Positions 18,408 to 27,006 of a stretch of 64,000 nt of DNA are shown piece after piece; positions within the stretch are counted from its first letter, which is position 1, and the number at the start of each line of letters is the position of its first letter. The notes below the pieces were generated by a model. It was not told the DNA's origin and made no database searches. It saw only the letters and a program-made list of their open reading frames with translations. This DNA comes from a virus (taxonomy: Duplodnaviria > Caudoviricetes): the IMG/VR virus record IMGVR_UViG_3300028591_000161, positions 1-64,000 of that record; one strand, given 5' to 3'. The position numbers and the translations under genes are program-made.

Positions 18408-19904
18408 ATGGAGGGATTGCTCCAATACATTGATCAGATAGATCAGTCTGTTGCTGATGCAGAAATCGATGTCATTGAATCGTTGATTCAATCCTATGAC
18501 AAATCGATTACGATCATCACAGAGGCTTCTGATGATACAGATTTATCCGCGTTTGACATTTTCCAGGAAGGTGAAAATTGGGATAAGTTCAAGGAAGACA
18601 CGAAAGCTCCCGTATTCGGAAAAAAGGGTGAGGGTCTTGCCAAGAGACTGCTGATGATTATTCCGAGACTGATTCAAAAGCTTGTTGCTTTGATTCGTAA
18701 ATTGTTTACGAAGAATAAGTCTTTTGAACAGAAAATGGATAAAGATGTTGATAATCTGAAAAAGCAATCACAAACAGTTGTTCCCGAACAATTGTCCGAA
18801 GAACAAGCTAAGAATCTTGCGAACAAAATCAATGAAGCAGCAAAAGCTTCATCACAAGCAGTTGCACAATCTGAACGCGATTTCAAATCGAAACGGGACG
18901 CTGTCATGGATTCCATCGACAAACGGCATGAACAACTTCGGGAATACATTCGTGACAGTGAAAAGGCATTTCAGCCAAAAATGGATGATCTGCACAGTTA
19001 CACAAGATCCATCAATGATCCTTTCGGCAATTCAAAAGCATTGGAAGAACTTGGGAAGATGATAAATGACGATGGTCCGGTATTTAAATCAATTACACCA
19101 GAAACGGTTGAGAAAATTGATAAGAAAAATCCTGGATTGATTGATGATCTTCTCGAAGAACTCGGCGGTCCACCTCGCAAGAAAACAAAATTTGAGGATG
19201 TTAAGATTGAAATCCAGCACACAACATTCTTTGGAACAAGCATGTCCGGCGACAATAGAATGGAGAATTCTCAAGCTGCTGCGATGAAGATATATGCGGA
19301 TCCATTGATTAATGGATTTGATGAATTAAAATCAAACGGATATTCTAATCAAGCAAAGAGAAAGTATGCCACCGTTCTTGAAGAAATTCATGAAAACTGG
19401 TTGGACACCGTCGACTATATCATCAATAATCGTATAATTGGTAAAACAATATACGTTACGTTTGGTGAGGTTGTCAAAGTATTTGAACAGATGAAGCAAA
19501 TCTTTGAAAATGATGTAAAAGAATCAAAGAAGTCGTGCGATGCTATCAATCAACTCATTAAAAAAATTAACGATGAATATGATACATTTAATTCTGCCGG
19601 CGTTCCGGGACAGGCTGGTATGTCGCAAGGAGAATTATTAATGTATTTGAAAGACGTCATCACAGTATTGTCTAACATCGTTGAGATGGCTTCGCGTTGT
19701 CTTGAAGGCTGGGAGATGATATGGAACATCAATTGGAACGCTGTTCAAGATGTACTCAAAGATGATAATTTCAAAAATGATACACATCCAACGTTCCATA
19801 TGCCATTCATTAATAGCTACACTCATCCGGTATATGATGGATGGGAAAACAAAATACGCAAGGATCTCAACAGATGGAAACACACACCCATGCCCGCGAA
19901 GTGA
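18408..19904 (+). CDS. Internal head protein, paralog B
   Basis: The N-terminal ~115 aa are homologous to 6136..7197, while the helical C-terminus is unrelated. RBS GAGGTG. Confidence 0.65.
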   Translation: MEGLLQYIDQIDQSVADAEIDVIESLIQSYDKSITIITEASDDTDLSAFDIFQEGENWDKFKEDTKAPVFGKKGEGLAKRLLMIIPRLIQKLVALIRKLFTKNKSFEQKMDKDVDNLKKQSQTVVPEQLSEEQAKNLANKINEAAKASSQAVAQSERDFKSKRDAVMDSIDKRHEQLREYIRDSEKAFQPKMDDLHSYTRSINDPFGNSKALEELGKMINDDGPVFKSITPETVEKIDKKNPGLIDDLLEELGGPPRKKTKFEDVKIEIQHTTFFGTSMSGDNRMENSQAAAMKIYADPLINGFDELKSNGYSNQAKRKYATVLEEIHENWLDTVDYIINNRIIGKTIYVTFGEVVKVFEQMKQIFENDVKESKKSCDAINQLIKKINDEYDTFNSAGVPGQAGMSQGELLMYLKDVITVLSNIVEMASRCLEGWEMIWNINWNAVQDVLKDDNFKNDTHPTFHMPFINSYTHPVYDGWENKIRKDLNRWKHTPMPAK

Positions 19905-19932
19905 AATTAATCATATAAAGGAGGAATAACAC

Positions 19933-22119
19933 ATGGCAAAACCGAGAAAGACGGAAAACCCTGATGAGGTCATCAAGTGGATGAATCCGGATATGGAAGA
20001 GGAAACGACGTCCGGAAAGGGTGATGATGAAGACCTCGATGCAACGCCGGAAGGTGTTGGTGCTGGTGGATTTACCAATTCGCCCCTGGTGACATACACA
20101 AAGCTGTCACCATTTAAGAACTCTCCAAGAAACCAGCCGATCTCAAAGATCATCATTCACCATATGGCAGGTGTTGCATCAGTTGAATCATTCGGTACAA
20201 TTGTCACAACACCTGGACGCGAGATGTCTGCGAACTATGCAATCGGTAATGATGGACGGATTGGTCTGTATTGCCCTGAAGAAGACAGATGCTGGTGTTC
20301 TTCTTCTGCATGGGTGGATAACCGTGGCATCGCAATCGAAGTATCAAATTCCAAGCTTGGTGAACCATGGCCGATCTCCAAAAAAGCATGGGATTCGATG
20401 ATTGCGTTGTGCGCAGATATCTGCAAGCGCAACAATATTCCGAAGCTCACATATACTGGTGACAAGGAAGGATCCCTCTGTTTCCACAGATGGTTCGCGC
20501 CAACAGGTTGTGTTCCGATCGATACAACAGAAGTGCTGACACCGACCGGTTGGGTTCCAATTCGGGATGTACAGATCGGTGATGTGATTGCAACGGTATC
20601 GCCACAAGATTTCTCAATCCGGTTCGACAAGGTTGAGAACATGGTTCCTGTTCATAAGGATACCATATTCAATCTTCGTGGCATGGATATCACAAAAGAT
20701 CATCGTATTCTGTATTCCGTGGAAGGTGGTAGTGGATATCATCTGAACGAGTATCAGAAGGTCGCAGAAGGACAGATGCTGAATATTCCTGAAGCAGGTA
20801 TCTATGACGCCAAAGGCATGGATATCACATCATCACAAATGATATTCCTGCTCGAGATGCAACGAGTTGGAATGTATGATGATGAATTCCATACACTCGA
20901 ATTCGCATATATATCCGAACAACAGGTTGGATATATGGACGGGCTTCTGAAGAATCTCGAGTATTCATTCACACGAGAACAAGACGACCTGGGTCCTGTT
21001 AGATTCGTTGTCACTGATCCGAGAGCATGGAATCTTTGCATCTCCTATTTGTCAGGAAGCGATTTCAACTGGAAATGGTTGGAGATGAATCCAACACAGT
21101 TCTCGTATTTCATCTACAAGGCAACATCTCATGTGCGTACAGGATGGACCCGTCGGTACACATCTAATTCAATGACGAATATCGATATCGTTCAAGCAAT
21201 CTGTGCTTTGAATGGACGTGGAACGGAATTTGATCCCGAAACGAATTCATTGTATGTGAAGAATGGATATCGTCAGGTATCGACAAAGGAAGCTCGCACA
21301 ACTGATGACGTCGATGTTGCATGTGTAACCGTCAAGTCCGGATGCTTCCTGATGCGTCAGCATGGAATGACGACTCTGACAGGTAACTGCCCTGGTGAGT
21401 ACATTTATTCACGTGCACAACAGATTTGCGATGAAGTCAACGCGAAGTTGGCTGAAATGCCTGAACCAACACCTGAACCGGATCCTGAACCAGTGCCGGT
21501 TCAAATCAAACCTGGTGTGCTGGTATCTGTGAAAACAGGTGCAAGCTATTACAATGGTGCAAAGATCCCTGACTGGGTCACAAAACAAAGATGGTACGTA
21601 ACATCAGTATCTGGTGATCGTGCTGTACTTGGCAAGAATGAAGCTGGAAATTCCAATATCAATTCACCGGTTTCAACCAAGAATCTCACCGTTGTCCAGA
21701 ACGCATCTGCACAACCGGAAACAAAATTCATGCCATACTTGACAAAGCTTGCTGCTGGCACAAATATCTATGACATCAATACTCTGAATCTGAAAGGACA
21801 AATCATGATTTCGACGGCATATACAATTGTCGAAGAGACTGTTCTGAATGGTGCTAAGTATGGTAAGTTGAAATCGGGTGCAGGATGGGTTCGTCTGGGA
21901 TCCGATACTACTCAGCCTGTTGACAATACGATTCATCCCGGTGATAAAGTGTCTGTCATAAGTAAAGATGGAACTGCTCCTACATATGAAGGTGGTTCAT
22001 TCCATGTTTACGAGAAGGAATATACCGTTCTTCGTGTCAACGGAGATCGTGTCGTGATTTCTTCGGATGGGAAAAATGTGACTGCTGCCGTTAAGGCATT
22101 GAATTTGATCAAAAAATAA
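19933..22119 (+). CDS. N-acetylmuramoyl-L-alanine amidase (Amidase_2/T7 lysozyme type) endolysin with intein and C-terminal SH3-like cell-wall-binding modules
   Basis: Amidase motifs IIIHHMAG, SANYAIG, IAIEVSN, HRWF..T.|CPG; Pro/Glu linker; C-terminal repeats (WYVTSVSGDRAVLG, YGKLKSGAGWV). Confidence 0.88.
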   Translation: MAKPRKTENPDEVIKWMNPDMEEETTSGKGDDEDLDATPEGVGAGGFTNSPLVTYTKLSPFKNSPRNQPISKIIIHHMAGVASVESFGTIVTTPGREMSANYAIGNDGRIGLYCPEEDRCWCSSSAWVDNRGIAIEVSNSKLGEPWPISKKAWDSMIALCADICKRNNIPKLTYTGDKEGSLCFHRWFAPTGCVPIDTTEVLTPTGWVPIRDVQIGDVIATVSPQDFSIRFDKVENMVPVHKDTIFNLRGMDITKDHRILYSVEGGSGYHLNEYQKVAEGQMLNIPEAGIYDAKGMDITSSQMIFLLEMQRVGMYDDEFHTLEFAYISEQQVGYMDGLLKNLEYSFTREQDDLGPVRFVVTDPRAWNLCISYLSGSDFNWKWLEMNPTQFSYFIYKATSHVRTGWTRRYTSNSMTNIDIVQAICALNGRGTEFDPETNSLYVKNGYRQVSTKEARTTDDVDVACVTVKSGCFLMRQHGMTTLTGNCPGEYIYSRAQQICDEVNAKLAEMPEPTPEPDPEPVPVQIKPGVLVSVKTGASYYNGAKIPDWVTKQRWYVTSVSGDRAVLGKNEAGNSNINSPVSTKNLTVVQNASAQPETKFMPYLTKLAAGTNIYDINTLNLKGQIMISTAYTIVEETVLNGAKYGKLKSGAGWVRLGSDTTQPVDNTIHPGDKVSVISKDGTAPTYEGGSFHVYEKEYTVLRVNGDRVVISSDGKNVTAAVKALNLIKK
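20509..21387 (+). mobile_element. Intein (293 aa) with degenerate LAGLIDADG-type endonuclease region
   Basis: Block A CVPIDTTEVLTPTGWVPIRDVQIGD, block B ITKDHRI, block F VACVTVKSGCFLMRQHG and block G TLTGN followed by +1 Cys. Removing it restores HRWFAPTG-CPG. Confidence 0.9.
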
Positions 22120-22123
22120 ATGA

Positions 22124-22150
22124 AATGGGGTGGCTGTACGCCACCCCATT
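22124..22150. terminator. Intrinsic terminator between convergent genes
   Basis: 11-bp stem AATGGGGTGGC/GCCACCCCATT. Confidence 0.75.
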
Positions 22151-22157
22151 CATCGCA

Positions 22158-22463
22158 TCAGTTTCGGTATGTAATCTCTGTGATATCTCCATCACGCAGT
22201 GCGCGGATAGAAATTACACAGAGACCTGTTCCCGAATGATCGAACTGAGTATACCAACCGATCAGAATTGCATCCATCTCAGCGGTGTCGACGATGACAC
22301 GGATACGATCCCCGTTTGTGTATACCCAGTTTCCGTTACAAAAATCCATTCGTTCACGAATGGATCCATTTATAAACGTGATCCGGTTGCCACGGATCAC
22401 GCATGTCATCCCCATAATTGATACGGGAATGAAAGGGATCTCTAATGTTTCTTTGTTCTTCAT
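22158..22463 (-). CDS. Hypothetical protein (early-type cassette)
   Basis: 101-aa ORF with RBS AAAGGAG, an upstream AT-rich promoter-like motif, and a convergent terminator shared with the amidase. Confidence 0.65.
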   Translation of the reverse strand: MKNKETLEIPFIPVSIMGMTCVIRGNRITFINGSIRERMDFCNGNWVYTNGDRIRVIVDTAEMDAILIGWYTQFDHSGTGLCVISIRALRDGDITEITYRN

Positions 22464-22512
22464 CTTTTTTAGTCTCCTTTTTATTTTTCTTGAGTACGTT
22501 GTCGGAGGTACT

Positions 22513-22533
22513 CATAATAATGATATATATACG
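22513..22533 (-). promoter_or_regulatory. Early-type promoter-like motif CGTATATATATCATTATTATG
   Basis: Resembles the 57902 site; upstream of 22158..22463. Confidence 0.4.
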
Positions 22534-22636
22534 AAAATAATGATTTTGCGTACACATATTATTTGCGCGATGACCCAAAAACTATCTAACAATCCATATT
22601 GGGTTTATCAAAAATATTGAAAGTGAGGACTATGAT

Positions 22637-24469
22637 ATGGCCGAGCTAATCAAATCACAACCTCCACGTCCGATGAAATTTGCACCGGATACATTACTCT
22701 TTGATGTGCGATATTATCGGCGGAGCAAGGATAATGCAGAATGTTTTGAAATCATCACATGGAATCCGGTGACACAAACACTCGAGGTTGATTATGAGGA
22801 TCCAATCATTGATATCTGGTTTTTGAAACCGGAATTCCGAAATAATAAGTATCAGATTGCACAAGTAGACATGGATAAATGTTATCCATTCTATTGTAGG
22901 CCATCGCAGGTAGCGGCAGTTATTGCACAGGAGATCGGTGGCGAATGGGCAGATTGGTATCAACATAATAAAGACCAATACCCACGAAATGATGTCCAGC
23001 GTCATATGTGTGAATGCCCATGGGTGTTTGCTGCAGACTTTGAACCACCTGTTTATTATAGACTGCGATGGTTCGAGCAGTATGGAAAACAGATCGACTT
23101 GACAAAAGTATCTGACAGCTATCTGGATATTGAGACCGATGTCATTGACCGCGAAATCAACATGAAAGATATCTTCAATTCACCGCATCCTGTGAATGCA
23201 GTAACATTGATTCTTCCACATGTTAAAATCGCGGTATTGCTTGCATTGGGCCCGAGACCAAAGCACAAGATCGACAAGAAATTCTGGGGTCTGTTGGAAA
23301 TGCAGCAAAAAGAATATGAATGGGTCATTTCCCATATGGATGAATTCAAACGAATGTTACGCGAAGATGATCCGGATAATATGAAATATCTGGAAGGGTT
23401 TGATATTCGGGTACACATGTTTGAGTTTGATGATGAAATCAAACTGATCAAGACTGTGTTTGATTATATCAATAAATATCGTCCGATGTTTGTTGAATCA
23501 TGGAACGGCAAGTTTGACCATCCAAGACTGTGGCATCGCATTGAATATCTCGGATATGATCCAATCGACATTATGATTCCAAAGGAATTCAAAACGAAAC
23601 GACTGTTCTATCAGGAAGACCAATCTGGTAACTTCCAGATGAAAAATTCACGTGACTGGTTCCATACATCTACATATTCAATCTATATCTGCCAGATGAG
23701 ATTGTTTGCAGCGATCAGAAAATCGCAACAAGAACGACGGTCATATTCATTGAACTCGGTTGGTTCTGAAATGTGTGGAATCGTAAAGTTAACCGATACG
23801 AAATCTGGCTCATTCCGTGTGTTCGCATATACCGACTATATCAAGTTTCTCTTATATAACTTCCGTGACGTGGTTGTGCAGTATGCAATTGGTGAAACGA
23901 CACATGATACACAGACACTCGTATCCCGTTCATTCAACTTTGCAACAGCATATCCGAAATGTTTCCAAGAGACACATATCGTTCGGAATGCACGCGAATA
24001 TTACTATCGGAAGTTTTCCAAGAAAGTACAAGCTTGTCGTCTGATTGTTGATAAGGACCGTGACACCGCATTCAAAGGCGCATTTGTTGCACCGCCTGAA
24101 AAGAATGCACCGACGGGTTTGATCTTAAATGGTAAGAACCATAACAACATCATATTCGGAGCGTTGGATGCTGATGCTGCATCATATTATCCGTCCACAA
24201 AGATGGGTATGAACATGGATCCGATGTCATTGTTGTACAAATGTATCATCATGAATGATCGGTTCCAAAACGGTGAGTGTACGAATCGTTCTTTGTGTCA
24301 GGTATATGAATGGTATGATTCAAAGAACAAACCACATCCGGAAGATATGTCCGGACCGATTATCAATGCATTCAAGAATGGAAATCCGTGTTCATTGATG
24401 AATAACTGGTTTAGTCTTCCAACCGTATCGGAGTATTTCCAGTTCCTTGATACATGTGATACAAAATAA
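22637..24469 (+). CDS. polB: Family B DNA polymerase, N-terminal subunit (3'-5' exonuclease plus motif A) of a split enzyme
   Basis: ExoI YLDIETD, ExoII SWNGKFDHP, ExoIII YNFRDV, FKGAFV and motif A DADAASYYPS are present. The ORF stops before motifs B and C. Confidence 0.88.
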   Translation: MAELIKSQPPRPMKFAPDTLLFDVRYYRRSKDNAECFEIITWNPVTQTLEVDYEDPIIDIWFLKPEFRNNKYQIAQVDMDKCYPFYCRPSQVAAVIAQEIGGEWADWYQHNKDQYPRNDVQRHMCECPWVFAADFEPPVYYRLRWFEQYGKQIDLTKVSDSYLDIETDVIDREINMKDIFNSPHPVNAVTLILPHVKIAVLLALGPRPKHKIDKKFWGLLEMQQKEYEWVISHMDEFKRMLREDDPDNMKYLEGFDIRVHMFEFDDEIKLIKTVFDYINKYRPMFVESWNGKFDHPRLWHRIEYLGYDPIDIMIPKEFKTKRLFYQEDQSGNFQMKNSRDWFHTSTYSIYICQMRLFAAIRKSQQERRSYSLNSVGSEMCGIVKLTDTKSGSFRVFAYTDYIKFLLYNFRDVVVQYAIGETTHDTQTLVSRSFNFATAYPKCFQETHIVRNAREYYYRKFSKKVQACRLIVDKDRDTAFKGAFVAPPEKNAPTGLILNGKNHNNIIFGALDADAASYYPSTKMGMNMDPMSLLYKCIIMNDRFQNGECTNRSLCQVYEWYDSKNKPHPEDMSGPIINAFKNGNPCSLMNNWFSLPTVSEYFQFLDTCDTK

Positions 24470-24488
24470 AGAAAGGAAGGATGCCTTT

Positions 24489-26762
24489 ATGACAGACGAA
24501 TACTTTGACGATATTGAGAGTATTGAACTCGGAGACATATCAAAGCGATATATGTGTTTATATGGATGGAACATCATCCTGCAAAGAGCAATCCCGATGC
24601 TTACTGACGGTTTGAAACCGTTGCACCGAAGAATCATGTGGGCATTGTATGAGAAGAACGGTGGAGACAAGATGAAAGTTGCAGAGATTCAGGGTTTGAC
24701 GATGCGTTATTCGCCACACTCTGAATTGAACACGCGTTTCACGATTGCAGGTTTGGTCCAACCGTTCTCGAATAATGTACCACTCATGACGGCAGACTCC
24801 GGTTTTGGTTCTTCCATTATGGGTGTTGATGTTGCTGCTGCGAGATACTGGGAAGCAGGAATCTCCCCGTTTGCTAAAGAAGTATTCTTCAAAGAATTCG
24901 ATTCCTCAGTAAATATGAAAGATTCATATGACGGAAAATATAAAGAACCTATCACATTTCCCGCACGTTTTCCAGTGATCCTTCTGAATGGATCGAATGG
25001 AATTGCATATTCCATGTCATCCAATATTCTCCCGTATAATATCAACGAAGTCGCTGATGCTACCATCAAACTGTTGAAGAATCCAGAAGCCAAAGTGCAT
25101 CTGATACCAGATTCACCAACATGCTGTGATGTTATCAAGCGTGATGATACCACATTTGTTTTCCAATCAACATACGATATTGATACCGTGAATTACACGA
25201 TATCGATTATGAACACCCCACCTGGTGAATATATCCATGTGATTGATAAAGCTTTGCGTGCAATTCAGGATTCACCGAATCCAATCAAAGAGATTATCTC
25301 TCCGGATAATGAGTGTGAACTCACTGAGGACATCTTCAAGTATGTGATTCGTTGTAAACCGTGTAATCTGTATCAAGTCATCGAGACATTGTTCCGACGT
25401 GTCCCTGGATTCAGAATCACGGTATCTACACGAAACTGTTCTGTGATTGATCCACAATTCAGGACGCAATACTACAATGAGCGTCAAATCCTGTTAGCGT
25501 GGATTGCCAACCGTTTGAAAGAAAAACGCTCATGGTTCCTGCGCAAGCTTGTTCATGTCCAGACGATGTATAACATGATGGAAGGCAAACGGTTTATGTT
25601 GTCACCCGAGAATCTGAATAAGACGATTAAAGTATTCCGCAAATGTGAAGATGAGAATGAGATCGTTCAAGCGTTGGTACAAGCGTACAATGGTAAAGTT
25701 TCCACTTCACAAGCAAACTTCGTATCGGGTTTGAGAATGTCCAAATTGACCAACGGCGAATACAAAAAGACTGTGGCTAAGATTGAAGAACTTGATGAAC
25801 AGATCACAAGTCTGAAAGCAATCGTGAACAGTCCGGAATGTATTCGCGATAAAGTCATTGAAGACATTAAGATGATTCGAGAGAAGTTTGGTCATCCGCG
25901 TCGTTCTAAGATTCTGAATTTGAAGGACGGAATGACAGCGAATATCTCAACATGCCAGATTCTGAAGGACGGCACAGTCCTGTTCTCTGAAACAGAAAAT
26001 CCGAATCATTTCGCGTCTGATGTAACTCCGATCAATGGCGATGAAGTTTGTCTGATTGATCAATATGGTAAGACATTGTGGGTGAATGTGAATAAGGTTC
26101 CGCATGACAGTCCAATTGCATTAACAGCAATCGGGAAAGAACCGATGGGTGCGTGCATCGCAGTAATTCCCAGATCTTCAAGATCCATTGTCATGCTCAC
26201 AAATAAGGGGCGTATTAAACTGATGCCAATCGAGAAGATTCCATCAAATCAATCTAGAAAGCCATTGATTCCGTTGAACAATGGCGAATATCTGGTATCT
26301 ATTTTGAATGTCGATGGTTCTTCCGAAGACCTTCTCGTATACACGTCTGATGGTTTTGGCAAACGTTTCTCCGTAACAGATTTGAACTCTGTAAATTCTC
26401 CTGATGCGCAAGGACAGTTCATTGTGAAGGATTGTGATGTCGCTGGTATCTTTGTACTCAATCCGAATAAACCGTACATTTTCTATGCTACAAAGCTCGG
26501 AAGGGTTCGGTTGAACAACAGTCGCTTCCTTGTTGCTACCAAGAAATTCGGAGGAATGAAACCGATCATCAAACTCTCTGCACAGGACGATCTGATTGCC
26601 GTATTCTGCACGGATAAAGATCAGACGGTGACGTTATATCATGAAGACGGTCGAATCTCATCCGTGAATATCGATACCATGGATCCAGTCACGATGAATA
26701 CGCCTCCAGCAAAACCCAAACATGTCCCAGGTGTAAGAGTGATACGCGCAACATTATCGTGA
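24489..26762 (+). CDS. gyrA: Type IIA topoisomerase subunit A (GyrA/ParC-like) with C-terminal beta-pinwheel repeats
   Basis: RAIPMLTDGLKPLHRRI, YSPH, AAARYWE (catalytic Tyr), PVILLNGSNGIA and repeated C-terminal blades. Start 24489 after AAAGGAAGG. Confidence 0.88.
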   Translation: MTDEYFDDIESIELGDISKRYMCLYGWNIILQRAIPMLTDGLKPLHRRIMWALYEKNGGDKMKVAEIQGLTMRYSPHSELNTRFTIAGLVQPFSNNVPLMTADSGFGSSIMGVDVAAARYWEAGISPFAKEVFFKEFDSSVNMKDSYDGKYKEPITFPARFPVILLNGSNGIAYSMSSNILPYNINEVADATIKLLKNPEAKVHLIPDSPTCCDVIKRDDTTFVFQSTYDIDTVNYTISIMNTPPGEYIHVIDKALRAIQDSPNPIKEIISPDNECELTEDIFKYVIRCKPCNLYQVIETLFRRVPGFRITVSTRNCSVIDPQFRTQYYNERQILLAWIANRLKEKRSWFLRKLVHVQTMYNMMEGKRFMLSPENLNKTIKVFRKCEDENEIVQALVQAYNGKVSTSQANFVSGLRMSKLTNGEYKKTVAKIEELDEQITSLKAIVNSPECIRDKVIEDIKMIREKFGHPRRSKILNLKDGMTANISTCQILKDGTVLFSETENPNHFASDVTPINGDEVCLIDQYGKTLWVNVNKVPHDSPIALTAIGKEPMGACIAVIPRSSRSIVMLTNKGRIKLMPIEKIPSNQSRKPLIPLNNGEYLVSILNVDGSSEDLLVYTSDGFGKRFSVTDLNSVNSPDAQGQFIVKDCDVAGIFVLNPNKPYIFYATKLGRVRLNNSRFLVATKKFGGMKPIIKLSAQDDLIAVFCTDKDQTVTLYHEDGRISSVNIDTMDPVTMNTPPAKPKHVPGVRVIRATLS

Positions 26763-26776
26763 AAGGATGAGGAACA

Positions 26777-27001
26777 ATGAGAAACCCCTTCAGATTCGGA
26801 AAGAAAATGCCAAGATCAAAGATCAACACAGATTCGGCAGGTCACAGTGTGTTGACAAAGACTGCGGATTTCAAAATGTATGCAATCCGTTCAACTGAAA
26901 ACGAAGATGAGCTGTTAGGTGCTATCTTATTGACAGAAGCACAACAGCTCGAGTTGAACAAAGCCATCAACGAGAAGGGTATCAAATTCACGAGGAAGTG
27001 A
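26777..27001 (+). CDS. Small hypothetical protein
   Basis: 74-aa ORF with RBS GAGGA, tightly packed in the replication operon. Confidence 0.65.
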   Translation: MRNPFRFGKKMPRSKINTDSAGHSVLTKTADFKMYAIRSTENEDELLGAILLTEAQQLELNKAINEKGIKFTRK

Positions 27002-27006
27002 TGTAA

